DNA of 64,000 nucleotides, from positions 117,257 to 181,256 of the forward strand of contig CAWFQH010000005.1 of NCBI GenBank assembly GCA_963817945.1, given 5' to 3'. Shown one piece after another: positions 16,527 to 28,650 of the stretch. Position 1 is the first letter of the stretch; every line of letters starts with the position of its first letter. The translations under genes and the position numbers were made by a program. The notes below the pieces were generated by a model that was not told the origin of the DNA, did not search any database, and saw nothing but the letters and a program-made list of their open reading frames with translations. Source of the DNA: an uncultured Solirubrobacterales bacterium (GTDB lineage Bacteria > Actinomycetota > Thermoleophilia > Solirubrobacterales > 70-9).

Positions 16527-17473
16527 CAAGCGATACCCCGGCCTGGTCCGGCCGAGCGACCGAGGACAGTCGCGACGGTCTCCGCCACCCGGTGGGCCTC
16601 CTCGTTCACCTGCCGTTCCGAGACTCGCAGGACCTCATAGCCGAGGCGCTTCAGCTCCAGGTCTCGCTCTCGGTCCTCCTGGTAGGCGAGTCGTCCGCGG
16701 TGGTAGAGGTAGCTGTCGGTTTCGACCACAAGCCGCTGATCTCGCCAGAAGAAGTCGACGAGGTGCTGACCGATGCGGACGTTGACCTCGGGACGAGGCA
16801 ACCGATGGCGCCGGCACAACCCCAGGAAGTCCCCCTCCAGATCGCTGCGCGTACGATCCCAACCGCTTTCCTCGCCAATCGGCAGGCCGAGCACGTTCGC
16901 CTGTCGAACTGCCCTTCGCAGCTCGCCCGGTGATATGGCGCCCGACCAGCCCCGTGAGGTTGCGTTTCGCAGGTCGAAGATGGTCCGGGCAGGTGTGGTG
17001 ACTGGGATTCCACGATGCAGCGTCACCCCTGAGGACGCAAGGGACCGCGAGCGGTGGATGCGGATGCCTGGGCGCCTGGCCTTCGCCCCTCGTCCGCCGG
17101 CAAGCACGTGGACCGGCCCATCCGTCATTGGCAACAGCTCCCAGAGCGATGCAGCGCTGCGATGGCTCACCGCCGCCCCCCAGTACTCGAGAACGAATCT
17201 GCTCTCCCCAGCGGGACCGCCGCCCACCGCAAGCACGGCAGCGAGGTAACGACCGTCCGGCGACAGAGCTGGATGACCAACCGCATAGACGCCTCGGTGC
17301 ACGCGATGCAGGCGGCCCGAGTTGAGCCGTGCGCGGATCGCTCCTTCGCCCATTTCCAATCGGCGGAGCTGTCTTGCCGAGACCACCCCTTGCTGCCTTT
17401 CCGCGATCTCGGCGATCACACGGTCAGGTGGGGCGACTTTCCGATCCATTGCATCGGTAAGTCGCCCCGCCAC
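16523..17473 (-). CDS. DUF559 (Vsr-like endonuclease fold) protein with AbiEi-like N-terminal domain
   Basis: N-terminal GVVSARQLRRLEMGEGAIRARLNSGRLHRVHRGVYAVG. C-terminal LVVETDSYLYHRGRLAYQEDRERDLELKRLGYEVLRV. Confidence 0.75.
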   Translation of the reverse strand: MAGRLTDAMDRKVAPPDRVIAEIAERQQGVVSARQLRRLEMGEGAIRARLNSGRLHRVHRGVYAVGHPALSPDGRYLAAVLAVGGGPAGESRFVLEYWGAAVSHRSAASLWELLPMTDGPVHVLAGGRGAKARRPGIRIHRSRSLASSGVTLHRGIPVTTPARTIFDLRNATSRGWSGAISPGELRRAVRQANVLGLPIGEESGWDRTRSDLEGDFLGLCRRHRLPRPEVNVRIGQHLVDFFWRDQRLVVETDSYLYHRGRLAYQEDRERDLELKRLGYEVLRVSERQVNEEAHRVAETVATVLGRSAGPGRGIAC

Positions 17474-17525
17474 GGTTCTCTCCCCAGCTCAGCGGGATCT
17501 CTTCGCTAGCTGGGAGACTGGGCGG

Positions 17526-18155
17526 ATGCGGGTGTTGATCGCGGACGACCATGGAATTGTCCGGTCTGGGTTACGTCTGCTCTTGGAGCGCCAGCCCGAC
17601 ATCGAGGTGGTCGGCGAGGCCGCCGACGGCGCCGAGGCGCGCGAGCTGGCCGTCCGCGAGCGCCCGGACCTGGCGATCCTCGACGTGAAGATGCCGAAAC
17701 TGACCGGCCTGCAGGCGACTCGAGAGATCCGCCAGCAAGCGCCGGAGACGGCGGTGCTGATCCTCTCCATGCACGACGACGAGCGCTACCTGTTCGAGGC
17801 GCTAAAGGCCGGTGCCTCGGGCTACGTGCTGAAGGCGCAGGCCGACACCGAGCTACTGGAGGCGATCCGCGCGGTCGAGCGCGGCGAGCCGTTTCTGACG
17901 CCGGAGGCGCAGCGGGCGCTGATCAAGGACGTGCTGGAGCGGGGCTCGACCGGCGAGGAGGAGCTGACGCCGCGCGAGGAGGAGATCGTCAAGCTGGTCG
18001 CCGAGGCGCACACGACCAAGCAGATCGCCGGCATCCTCCATCTCTCCGAGAAGACGGTCGAGAACCACCGGGCCAACGCGATGCGTAAGCTCGGGATGCG
18101 CGACCGGGTCGAGCTCGTCCGCTACGCGATCCGCCGCGGTTTGATCGAGCCATGA
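17526..18155 (+). CDS. NarL/LuxR-family response regulator
   Basis: Internal ATG 17526 of ORF 17322..18155. MRVLIADDHGIVR...DLAILDVKMPKLTG plus the LuxR HTH LTPREEEIVKLVAEAHTTKQIAGILHLSEKTVENHR. Confidence 0.9.
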   Translation: MRVLIADDHGIVRSGLRLLLERQPDIEVVGEAADGAEARELAVRERPDLAILDVKMPKLTGLQATREIRQQAPETAVLILSMHDDERYLFEALKAGASGYVLKAQADTELLEAIRAVERGEPFLTPEAQRALIKDVLERGSTGEEELTPREEEIVKLVAEAHTTKQIAGILHLSEKTVENHRANAMRKLGMRDRVELVRYAIRRGLIEP

Positions 18156-19606
18156 ACGACTTCCAGGAGAAACGCTGGCAGGCGCTGGTCCTCCTCTGCT
18201 CGGCGCAGTTCGTCGTCGTCCTCGACGCCTCGATCGTCAACGTGGCGCTGCCCTCGATCGGCGAGGCGCTCGACTTCTCGCAGGGCAACCTGCCCTGGGT
18301 CGTCAACGCCTACGTCCTCACCTTCGGCGGCTTCCTGCTGCTAGGGGGCCGCACGGCGGACCTGCTCGGTCGCCGTCGTGTCTTCATGGCCGGGCTGCTC
18401 GTGGTGGCGGTCGCGTCCCTCCTGGCCGGCTTCGCGGCGACCGAGGGCCAGCTGATCGCCGCCCGCGCCGCCCAGGGGCTTGGCGCCGCGATCATCTCGC
18501 CCTCGGCACTGTCGATCGTCACCACCACCTTCAAGGACGGCTCAGAGCGCAACAAGGCGCTCGGCGTCTGGGGCGCCGTCGCCGGCTCCGGTGGCGCCGC
18601 GGGCGTGCTGCTCGGGGGCATCCTCACCGACGGCCTCGGCTGGGAGTGGGTGCTGTGGGTGAACGTGCCGGTCAGCCTTATCGCCTTGGCGCTGGCACCC
18701 CGGCTGATCGCCGAAAGTCGAGCCGAGTCCGAGCGGCGGGTCTTCGACGTGGCCGGAGCGGTCACCGTGACCGCCGCGCTCTCGATCCTGGTCTACGCCC
18801 TGGTCGACGCCAACGACGCCGGCTGGGGCTCAACCCAGACGCTTGGCCTGATCGCGCTCTCCGCCCTCCTGCTGGCTGCCTTCGTCGCGATCGAGTTGCG
18901 CACGCCGAAACCGCTGATGCCGTTCTCGATCTTCCGCATCCGCACGCTGACGGGGGCCAACGTCGTTGGGCTGCTGGTCGGCGCCTCGCTCTTCTCGATG
19001 TTCTTCTTCATCTCCCTCTACATGCAGCAGGTGCTCGGCTACAGCGCGATCCACGCCGGCCTCTCCTACCTGCCGCTGGCGCTGCTGATCATGGCTTCGG
19101 CGGGGATCGCCTCCCAGCTCGTGACCAAGATTGGCTACAAGCCGGTGCTGGCGATCGGCCTGCTCTTCATCGTCGTCGGCCTGACCTGGTTCAGCCAGGT
19201 CTCGGTCGGGGGCGGCTTCACTACCGACATCCTCGGCCCCTCGCTTTTCGCCGCCGCCGGCCTCGGCTTCGCCTTCGTGACGACGACCATCGCCGCCGTC
19301 TCCGGCGTCGAGGAGAGCGAGGCCGGCCTCGCAAGCGGCCTGATCAACACCTCGCAGCAGATCGGCGGCGCCCTCGGCCTGGCGGTGCTCTCGACCGTGG
19401 CGATCTCGCGCACCGAAGATCTGACTTCCCCGGGAACCCCTCCCTCCCTCGACGCCCTTACCGAGGGCTTCCAGTCCGCCTTCCTGGGCGGCGCGGGCAT
19501 CGCCCTGCTCGGTTTCGTGCTGACGCTGGTCTTGATCCGCGGCAGGGACAGCCGTGCCCACGTCGAGCTCGGTCAGGCGGAGGCGACGGAGAGGGTCTCG
19601 GCCTGA
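18152..19606 (+). CDS. MFS transporter, DHA2 (14-TMS drug:H+ antiporter) type
   Basis: About 14 hydrophobic segments, LDASIVNVALPSI and GGRTADLLGRRRVF motifs. 4-nt overlap with the response regulator stop. Confidence 0.9.
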   Translation: MNDFQEKRWQALVLLCSAQFVVVLDASIVNVALPSIGEALDFSQGNLPWVVNAYVLTFGGFLLLGGRTADLLGRRRVFMAGLLVVAVASLLAGFAATEGQLIAARAAQGLGAAIISPSALSIVTTTFKDGSERNKALGVWGAVAGSGGAAGVLLGGILTDGLGWEWVLWVNVPVSLIALALAPRLIAESRAESERRVFDVAGAVTVTAALSILVYALVDANDAGWGSTQTLGLIALSALLLAAFVAIELRTPKPLMPFSIFRIRTLTGANVVGLLVGASLFSMFFFISLYMQQVLGYSAIHAGLSYLPLALLIMASAGIASQLVTKIGYKPVLAIGLLFIVVGLTWFSQVSVGGGFTTDILGPSLFAAAGLGFAFVTTTIAAVSGVEESEAGLASGLINTSQQIGGALGLAVLSTVAISRTEDLTSPGTPPSLDALTEGFQSAFLGGAGIALLGFVLTLVLIRGRDSRAHVELGQAEATERVSA

Positions 19607-19655
19607 GGGTCGCAGCGCCTTCGCATAACCGACCCCTTCAGTAGGATTTAGCCAT

Positions 19656-20135
19656 ATGTTGTTTTCGACGAAGGCGGAGTACGGCGTGCGCCTGATGGTC
19701 GAGCTGGGTCGCCAGCCCGACACGGCGCCGATCTCGCTCAGCGCCGTGGCCGAGGCCGAGCGGCTGCCGCTCTCCTACCTCGAGCACCTCGTCGCCAAGC
19801 TCCGCAAGGCCGGCCTCGTCACCTCGACCCGGGGCGCGCACGGCGGCTACAGCCTCGCCAAGCCCGCCACGGAGATCACGCTTGACACCGTGGTCGAGGC
19901 ACTGGAAGGCCAGATTGCACCGATGGAGTGCTTCCACGAGACTCCCGAGGGCAAGGTCCTCTGCTCGCACGAAGGCGACGTCGGTCACGACGCGTGCGCG
20001 ACGAAGCTGCTCTGGACCCGGGTCCAGGGCGGCGTCACCAAGGCGCTGGCCGGGACCACGCTGGCCGAGCTGGTCGAGTTCTCCGGCAGGGAGAGCTCGC
20101 CCGCGAAGGCCGAGCCGGTCGGCAGCGCCGCCTAA
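19656..20135 (+). CDS. Rrf2 family transcriptional regulator (SUF-associated)
   Basis: MLFSTKAEYGVRLMVELG...LPLSYLEHLVAKLRKAGLVTSTRGAHGGYSLA, with a Cys cluster C..C......C downstream. Confidence 0.85.
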   Translation: MLFSTKAEYGVRLMVELGRQPDTAPISLSAVAEAERLPLSYLEHLVAKLRKAGLVTSTRGAHGGYSLAKPATEITLDTVVEALEGQIAPMECFHETPEGKVLCSHEGDVGHDACATKLLWTRVQGGVTKALAGTTLAELVEFSGRESSPAKAEPVGSAA

Positions 20136-20163
20136 ACACCCCTGGAAAAAGAACGGAGTCACA

Positions 20164-20934
20164 TTGGCTGAGCTGGAGATACGCAACCTGCACGTCAGCG
20201 CCGAGGGCAAGGAGATCCTCCGTGGCCTCGACCTCGACGTCGAGAAGGGCAAGGTGCACGCCCTGATGGGTCCGAACGGGTCGGGCAAGTCGACCCTGGC
20301 CAACGCGATCATGGGCCACCCATCGCTCGAGGTCACCGACGGCACGATCGTCTTCAAGGGCGAGGACCTGACCGAGGCCGACCCCGACGAGCGCTCCCGT
20401 GCCGGCCTCTTCATGGCCTTCCAGTATCCGGTTGCGATCCCCGGCGTCTCGGTCAGCAAGTACCTGCGGATGATCCTCAACGCTCGCCGCGAGGCGCAGG
20501 GCGAAAGCGAGATCAAGATCAAAGAGTTCGCCAAGGTCGCCCAGGAGGCGATGGAGCTGGCGAACATCCCCAAAGACTTCTCCAGCCGCTACCTCAACGA
20601 TGGCTTCTCCGGCGGCGAGAAGAAGCGGATGGAGCTGCTGCAGCTGGCCCTGCTGCGGCCCGAGATCGCGGTGCTCGACGAGACCGACTCCGGCCTCGAC
20701 ATCGACGCGCTGCGGACCGTCGCCGACGGCGTCAACAAGTTCGCCGGTCCCGACATGGGCGTCCTGATCATCACCCACTACCAGCGCATCCTGCACATGG
20801 TCAAGCCCGACTCCGTCCATGTCATGTTCGAGGGACGGATCGTCAAAGAGGGCGGCCCGGAGCTGGTCTCCCTGCTCGAGGAGAAGGGCTACGGCTGGAT
20901 CCGCGAGGAGGTTGAGGCGGGAGCCTCGGCGTAG
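20164..20934 (+). CDS. sufC: Fe-S cluster assembly ATPase SufC
   Basis: TTG 20164 within ORF 19882..20934. Walker A GPNGSGKST, signature FSGGEKKR, Walker B AVLDETDSGLD. Confidence 0.9.
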   Translation: MAELEIRNLHVSAEGKEILRGLDLDVEKGKVHALMGPNGSGKSTLANAIMGHPSLEVTDGTIVFKGEDLTEADPDERSRAGLFMAFQYPVAIPGVSVSKYLRMILNARREAQGESEIKIKEFAKVAQEAMELANIPKDFSSRYLNDGFSGGEKKRMELLQLALLRPEIAVLDETDSGLDIDALRTVADGVNKFAGPDMGVLIITHYQRILHMVKPDSVHVMFEGRIVKEGGPELVSLLEEKGYGWIREEVEAGASA

Positions 20935-20938
20935 CGAG

Positions 20939-22866
<1,928 letters not shown>

Positions 22867-22919
22867 GGCCCACGGCCTTCGCCAGGCGCGGCAACCGCTG
22901 CGCTAGCCTCGCTGCTCAT

Positions 22920-23345
22920 ATGGACGAGTTGTATCGCGAGCAGATCCTCGAGCACTACAAGCGGCCGCACAACTTCGGGCGGCTGGAGGAGCCGGACCTG
23001 GAGTTCGACGACTCGAACCCGTTCTGCGGCGACGAGCAGCACGTCATGCTGCGGCTAGACGAGGAGGGGCGCGTGGCCGAGGTCGCCTTCGAGGGCCAAG
23101 GCTGCGCGATCTCGACCGCGGCCACCTCGCTGATGACCGACGAGCTGGTCGGCAAGACGCGCGAGGAGCTGCTGCGGCTGCCGAAGGAGTTCGTCCTCGA
23201 CCTGCTCGGGATCGAGATCTCAGCGACGCGAATGAAGTGCGCGATGCTCGGGCTCAAGGTCGTCAAGGGCGCCAGCCTCGGTGCGCCGGCCGAATGGGAG
23301 GACGAGGGAGAGACCGGCGACCCGTCCCAGGCGGCCGCGCTTTAG
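22920..23345 (+). CDS. sufU: SufU/IscU-like Fe-S scaffold/sulfur acceptor
   Basis: Internal ATG 22920. LYREQILEHYKRPHNFG...NPFCGDE...GQGCAISTA...MKCAMLG carries the conserved cysteines. Confidence 0.85.
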   Translation: MDELYREQILEHYKRPHNFGRLEEPDLEFDDSNPFCGDEQHVMLRLDEEGRVAEVAFEGQGCAISTAATSLMTDELVGKTREELLRLPKEFVLDLLGIEISATRMKCAMLGLKVVKGASLGAPAEWEDEGETGDPSQAAAL

Positions 23346-23358
23346 CCCTCCCCGGGCG

Positions 23359-23406
23359 ACGCATCCGACATTCGCCACAGCGGAGTGCGGTGGATGTCGG
23401 ATGCGT
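23359..23406. terminator. 13-bp inverted repeat between convergent sufU and the VOC gene
   Basis: acgcatccgacat-N22-atgtcggatgcgt. Confidence 0.4.
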
Positions 23407-23433
23407 GCGGCTCGACTGGGGCTGGCGCGCTCG

Positions 23434-24228
23434 CTAGCCCGACTGCATCGCCGGGTCCGGCTGAATCACGGCGAAGAAAGCGCCCCACGGGTCTTTGATC
23501 ACCGCGATGCGGCCCACTTCGGCGATGTCGAAGGGGCCTGCGGGGATCTCCCCGCCGTTCTCCTTGGCCGTCTCCACGGTCGCCTCGATGTCCTCCACCG
23601 CGAAGTAAACGAGCCAGTGGGCCGGAATCTCGGCCGGGACCCGATCGGTGATGTCGAGCAGGCCGCCGACGGTGTCCTCGCCGAGGACGATGGCCGTGTA
23701 GGCGCCGGTCCCCTCGTACTCTTTCTCCTCGAACGACCAGCCGAAAACCTCGCCGTAAAAGGATTTGGCCGCCTCAGGGTCGCGCGTGTTGAGCTCGTTC
23801 CAGCTCATCGCGCCGGGCTCGCCGACGACGTCGGCGCCGTTGTTGCGACCTGGCTGCCAGAGACCGAGAGCGGCTCCGGTCGGATCGACGATGAAAGCCA
23901 TGCGACCGTAATCGAGCACGTCCATCGGCTCGAACATCGCGCTGCCTCCTGCCTCCTTCGCCCTGGCAACGGTGCCATCGACGTCCTCCACGCAGACGTA
24001 GCTCGACCAAGCGGGCGGCTGACCCTCTTCCATCAGCTTCATCACGCCGCCGATGGTGCTGTCACCGCGCTGCGCGGTGCGGTAGCCGCCGGTCTGCTCG
24101 GCGTTATCGTCTTCTTTCAGCGTCCAGCCGAAGAGGGCGCCGTAGAACTCGCCAGCGTCGTCCTGATCCGGCGTGCCGAGGTCGATCCAGCAGAAGGTGC
24201 CGGGCTTGTAACTGGTCTTTACGCTCAT
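23434..24228 (-). CDS. two-domain VOC (glyoxalase/bleomycin-resistance fold) protein
   Basis: ATG 24228 preceded by AAGGAG. Duplicated FYGALFGW / FYGEVFGW modules with W..Y..V.D motifs. Confidence 0.8.
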   Translation of the reverse strand: MSVKTSYKPGTFCWIDLGTPDQDDAGEFYGALFGWTLKEDDNAEQTGGYRTAQRGDSTIGGVMKLMEEGQPPAWSSYVCVEDVDGTVARAKEAGGSAMFEPMDVLDYGRMAFIVDPTGAALGLWQPGRNNGADVVGEPGAMSWNELNTRDPEAAKSFYGEVFGWSFEEKEYEGTGAYTAIVLGEDTVGGLLDITDRVPAEIPAHWLVYFAVEDIEATVETAKENGGEIPAGPFDIAEVGRIAVIKDPWGAFFAVIQPDPAMQSG

Positions 24229-24399
24229 GGTCGCTCCTTGCGTCGAAGGTGGTCTCGTCAACCAAGACCGATCCTCGGTCCGAATCTAATCGGTCCGCCG
24301 CGCCGGCCCGTTAAAATCCGACTTAAGAAGTAGGATTAAGTCGCAACCCGCACTAGCGACGGCGAAAGCAGAGCCGACCGTCGAGGAGCAGCACACCTC

Positions 24400-24726
24400 A
24401 TGCCAGATACCGCAGGAACCTCCATCCCCGTCTGCCCGCTCGCCGAGCTGCCGCCCGGAAGCATGCGCCTGATCGAGCACGACGGCGCCAAGATCGGCGT
24501 CTTCAACTGCGACGGCGCGCTCTACGCGATCGAGGACCGCTGCTCGCACGACGACGGGCCGCTCGCCGAGGGCGAGTTCGACGCCTCGACCTGCACGGTC
24601 GAGTGCCCACGGCACGGCTCGCTCTTCGACCTGACCACCGGCAGGCCGAAGACGCTTCCCGCCTATGCTCCGGTGCGGACGTTCACGACGGCCGTCGTGG
24701 ACGACACCATCGTCTTGGAGGTCTGA
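24400..24726 (+). CDS. Rieske [2Fe-2S] ferredoxin (SUF-associated)
   Basis: CSHDDGPL...CPRHGSLF (CxH...CxxH). Confidence 0.85.
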   Translation: MPDTAGTSIPVCPLAELPPGSMRLIEHDGAKIGVFNCDGALYAIEDRCSHDDGPLAEGEFDASTCTVECPRHGSLFDLTTGRPKTLPAYAPVRTFTTAVVDDTIVLEV

Positions 24727-26164
24727 TCGCCATGGCAACGCCAGAGGCAGTCGCAGAGAAAGAGAGCTCGCCGGCATCAACGCCGACTACAAGGAGAAGT
24801 TCGGCTTCCACGATCCGGAGACCGGCTACGCCTACAAAGCCCCGAAGGGGCTCTCGCGCGAAGTGGTCGAGTCGATCTCCGAGTACAAGGACGAGCCGCA
24901 GTGGATGCGGGACTTCCGGCTGAAGGCGCTCGAACACTTCGAAAATCGCCCGACCCCGAACTGGGGCGGCAACCTCGGCCAGATCGACTTCGAAGACATC
25001 CATTACTTCGTCCGCGCCTCCGAAAAGAACAGCCGCGACTGGGACGAGGTCCCGGAGGACATCAAGAACACCTTCGACCGGCTCGGCATCCCCGAGGCGG
25101 AGCGCAAATTCCTCTCCGGGGTTGGCGCCCAGTACGAGTCGGAGGTCGTCTACCACCAGGTCAACGAGAAGCTCGAGGCCCAGGGCGTGATCTTCACCGA
25201 CATGGACACGGCGCTGCGCGAGCACGAGGACCTGGTCCGCGAGTACTGGGCGACGATCATCCCGCCTAACGACAACAAACTGGCGGCGCTCAACTCGGCC
25301 GTCTGGTCGGGCGGCTCCTTCGTCTACGTGCCAGCCGGGGTCAAGGTCGAGATGCCGCTGCAGGCCTACTTCCGGATCAACACGGAGAACATGGGGCAGT
25401 TCGAGCGGACGCTGATCATCGCCGAGGAGGGCTCCGACGTCCACTACATCGAGGGCTGCACGGCGCCCGTCTACTCGACCGACTCGCTGCACTCCGCGGT
25501 GGTCGAGATCATGGCTAAGCCCAGCTCGCGAGTCCGCTACACGACCGTCCAGAACTGGTCGCAGAACGTCTACAACCTGGTCACCAAGCGGGCCGTCGCC
25601 CAGGAGAAGGCGACGATGGAGTGGGTCGACTGCAACCTCGGCTCGAAACTGACGATGAAGTACCCCTCGATCTACCTGCTCGGCCCCGAGGCGCACGGCG
25701 AGATCCTCTCGATCGCCTTTGCCGGCGAGGGCCAGCACCAGGACGCCGGCGGCAAGATCATCCACGCGGCGCCGCGCACCTCGTCCTCGATCTTCTCCAA
25801 GTCGATCTCCAAGGACGGTGGGCGCAGCACCTACCGCGGCCTGCTCGAGGTGGCTGACGGGGCGACCGAGTCGCGTTCCAAGGTCGTCTGCGACGCGCTG
25901 CTGCTCGACGAGGACTCACGCTCGGACACCTACCCGACGATCCGGATCGGCGAGAACGACGCCGACGTCGGCCACGAGGCGACCGTCTCCAAGATCGGCG
26001 ACGAGCAGGTTTTCTACCTGCAGAGCCACGGGCTCGACGAGGAGGAGGCCTCGAAGATGATCGTCAACGGCTTCATCGAGCCGGTCACCAAGGAGCTGCC
26101 AATGGAGTACGCGGTCGAGCTCAACCGCCTGATCGAGCTGCAGATGGAGGGCTCGATTGGCTGA
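24665..26164 (+). CDS. sufB: Fe-S cluster assembly protein SufB (5' end uncertain; possible frameshift after ATG 24732)
   Basis: ...YKEKFGFHD...[16 protein letters not shown]...[23 protein letters not shown]...[22 protein letters not shown]. Confidence 0.9.
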   Translation: MLRCGRSRRPSWTTPSSWRSDRHGNARGSRRERELAGINADYKEKFGFHDPETGYAYKAPKGLSREVVESISEYKDEPQWMRDFRLKALEHFENRPTPNWGGNLGQIDFEDIHYFVRASEKNSRDWDEVPEDIKNTFDRLGIPEAERKFLSGVGAQYESEVVYHQVNEKLEAQGVIFTDMDTALREHEDLVREYWATIIPPNDNKLAALNSAVWSGGSFVYVPAGVKVEMPLQAYFRINTENMGQFERTLIIAEEGSDVHYIEGCTAPVYSTDSLHSAVVEIMAKPSSRVRYTTVQNWSQNVYNLVTKRAVAQEKATMEWVDCNLGSKLTMKYPSIYLLGPEAHGEILSIAFAGEGQHQDAGGKIIHAAPRTSSSIFSKSISKDGGRSTYRGLLEVADGATESRSKVVCDALLLDEDSRSDTYPTIRIGENDADVGHEATVSKIGDEQVFYLQSHGLDEEEASKMIVNGFIEPVTKELPMEYAVELNRLIELQMEGSIG

Positions 26165-27266
26165 GCTGGTGACGCTCCCACCCCTTCCGGACCAGAAGAC
26201 GAAGGGGTGGGAATTCACCGACCTCTCAAGCCTCGACCTCGACGCCTACGAGCCCGCACCGGCAAGCGCCTCGATCGAGGCGGCCGAAGGGGCGACCGTG
26301 CTGCGGCTGGGGGAGGCGGTCGAATCCCGTCCGGAGCTGGTCGAGGGACGGCTGGGCGCCCTGGTGCCGGGTGACGATCCCTTCGTCGCCCGCAACGACG
26401 CCGCCTGGCGCGACGGCGTGCTCGTCCACGTGGCGGCCGGCGTCAAGCTGGCCGAGCCGATCCGGATCGAGCTGCCGCTCGACCAGGACGGCGCTGCGAT
26501 CTTCTGGCGGACGCTGGTCGTCCTCGAGGAGGGCGCCGAGGCCGAGGTTTGGGAGCACAGCACCTCCGCTGGCGACGAGACCGACGCCGTGCTCAACTCG
26601 GTGGTCGAGCTGCACGTCGGCCAGGCCGCGACGCTGCGCTACGTCAGCACCCAGGACATCTCGGAGCGGGCCTGGATCTTCGCCACCCAGCGGGCACAGA
26701 TTCAGCGCGACGCCCGGCTCGATTGGACCGCGCTCGGGTTCGGCTCCGGCCGCGGCAAGGTGAGGATGGAGACCAACCTCGCGGGGCAGGGCTCCGAGGC
26801 GCGGGTGACCGGCGGCTACGCCGGCGCCGCCGGGCAGCACCTCGACTACGACACGACCCAGGAGCACGCCGCCCCCAACACGTTCTCCGACCTCGCCTTC
26901 CGCGGCGTCCTCGCCGCTGGCGCCACCGCCGTCTGGCGGGGGATGATCCGCGTCGACCCCGGCGCGCAGGGAACCGACGCCTTCCAGGTGAGCCGCAACC
27001 TGCTGCTTTCCCCTGACGCCCACGCCGACTCGATCCCGGGCCTCGAGATCGAAGCCGACGACGTCCGCTGCACCCACGCCGCGGCGATCGCGCAGATCGA
27101 CCGCGACCAGCTCTTCTACCTGACCTCGCGCGGGCTCGACCCGGCCGAGGCGAAGCAGCTGATCGTCGAGGGCTTCCTCGAGTCGCTGGTCGAGCGACTC
27201 GCCGAGGGGCCGGTGCGCGACGAGGTCTCGGCGGCGCTCGAGCAGCGACTCAGCGAGATCCTCTAG
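26157..27266 (+). CDS. sufD: Fe-S cluster assembly protein SufD
   Basis: Overlaps the sufB stop. ...[24 protein letters not shown]...[23 protein letters not shown] is typical of SufD. Confidence 0.85.
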   Translation: MAELVTLPPLPDQKTKGWEFTDLSSLDLDAYEPAPASASIEAAEGATVLRLGEAVESRPELVEGRLGALVPGDDPFVARNDAAWRDGVLVHVAAGVKLAEPIRIELPLDQDGAAIFWRTLVVLEEGAEAEVWEHSTSAGDETDAVLNSVVELHVGQAATLRYVSTQDISERAWIFATQRAQIQRDARLDWTALGFGSGRGKVRMETNLAGQGSEARVTGGYAGAAGQHLDYDTTQEHAAPNTFSDLAFRGVLAAGATAVWRGMIRVDPGAQGTDAFQVSRNLLLSPDAHADSIPGLEIEADDVRCTHAAAIAQIDRDQLFYLTSRGLDPAEAKQLIVEGFLESLVERLAEGPVRDEVSAALEQRLSEIL

Positions 27267-27328
27267 ACCGTCTCACGCCGTACGCCCGGCTCACGCGGTA
27301 GCCCCGCCCTCGCGGGTAGCTGCAGGAA

Positions 27329-28327
27329 ATGGGCTACCGACTCGGCTTCGCGGTCAAGGTGCTGGGCGCCGGCGGCCTGCCGTCACACGACACTCGGCGA
27401 TGGCAGTCCGGGCCGCACCTCCGCGTCTCACTGGAACGGCTGGAGGCAATCTTCGACCACCTCGATACCGAGGACATGCGGATGTATCGGATGGCCTCGA
27501 ACCTCGTCCCGTACGGCAGTCATCCCGACATGCCGCAGTTCCACGGACAGGTGGAGGAATGCGTCGAGGGCCTCGCCGCTTTCGGCGAGCGCGCCCGCGC
27601 CGCGGACCTGCGGCTCTCCCTCCATCCCGGCCAGTACGTCGTCCTCAACTCGGAGAAACCGCAGTTGCGCTTGGCGGCGGCGGCCGAGCTGGAGCTGCAG
27701 GCATCGGTCCTGGACGCGATGGGCATGGGCCCCGAGGCCGTCGTGGTCATTCACGTCGGCAGCGGCGCGGGCGGGAGGGCGGCGGCCAGGGATCGGTTCC
27801 TCGCCGGCTTCGAGAGGCTCGCCGAACCAACCCAGCGCCGGCTCGTCGTCGAGAACGACGACAGCCGCTTCGGGCTTGCGGACGTTCTGGAGATTTCACG
27901 GCACACCGGACTGCGGGTCGTCTGGGACGCGCTCCATCACCGCTGTCACGACCCGGAGCGGATCCCGGCCGGCGAGGCGCTGATGATGGCGCTCGCGACG
28001 TGGCCGGCGGGTGTCACGCCCAAGATCCACTGTTCATCGCCACGCACCGCGGTCGAGGAGCGAAAGGTGCGCAAGGGGCGCCGGGTCGAGCGCCGCATCG
28101 TGCTGCCACCGCTGCGAGCCCATGCCGACCTGATCGACCCGGTCAGCTTTGAGGCCTTTCTGCGCGGGCCGGCTGCAGGCCTGGAGCTCGACGTGATGCT
28201 GGAGGCCAAGGCCAAGGACCTTGCTCTTGTCCGGTTGCGCGAGCAGCTCATTGAACGCGGCTTCGTCTGGCGGGACGGGAAGCTGCTTGACGACGGCGAA
28301 GCGAGCCGGGTAGAGATCGCGCTCTAG
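27329..28327 (+). CDS. uvsE: UV damage endonuclease UvsE/UVDE
   Basis: MGYRLGFAVKVLG...MYRMASNLVPYGSHP...LSLHPGQYVVLNS...LVVENDD. Confidence 0.85.
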   Translation: MGYRLGFAVKVLGAGGLPSHDTRRWQSGPHLRVSLERLEAIFDHLDTEDMRMYRMASNLVPYGSHPDMPQFHGQVEECVEGLAAFGERARAADLRLSLHPGQYVVLNSEKPQLRLAAAAELELQASVLDAMGMGPEAVVVIHVGSGAGGRAAARDRFLAGFERLAEPTQRRLVVENDDSRFGLADVLEISRHTGLRVVWDALHHRCHDPERIPAGEALMMALATWPAGVTPKIHCSSPRTAVEERKVRKGRRVERRIVLPPLRAHADLIDPVSFEAFLRGPAAGLELDVMLEAKAKDLALVRLREQLIERGFVWRDGKLLDDGEASRVEIAL

Positions 28328-28449
28328 TCGCGACGCCTTCGCTCGATGAGCGTCGTCCGCACGATCGAGCCGAGCACAATCAGCACCGGCGGCACGTAGA
28401 GCAGCCAGAGCCAGTGGCTGACATGGGCAAGCGGGAGCAAAGTGGCCAT
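28324..28449 (-). CDS. candidate 41-aa single-TM small protein (possibly leaderless)
   Basis: MATLLPLAHVSHWLWLLYVPPVLIVLGSIVRTTLIERRRRD. GC3 is about 85%, like the real genes here. A TATTTT box lies 6 nt before the ATG. Too short for the ORF track. Confidence 0.35.
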   Translation of the reverse strand: MATLLPLAHVSHWLWLLYVPPVLIVLGSIVRTTLIERRRRD

Positions 28450-28650
28450 CTCTTAAAAATAAGGCCGCCGGCGTGGGAGGGCGTCGGCGACCTTGGGATG
28501 CAGCTATGAAAGGAACAAGATGAGTCGCAACCTCACGGCGGGTCCATCACTGGGGGGGTGACAGCCCATTGGCGCTAGCCGCGTCTCGGTACGGGATTAC
28601 CCGCGGTTTGCTTGCGGCAAACTACGAGTTTCGATCGCTCCGTAAGCAGG

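Noticed and set aside
28451-28650. A riboswitch or sRNA in the 200-nt gap downstream of the 464-aa membrane gene.
   Set aside because: It contains a few short hairpins and a terminator-like stem plus U-tract on the minus strand. I could not match it to any riboswitch consensus, and nothing repeats elsewhere in the window.
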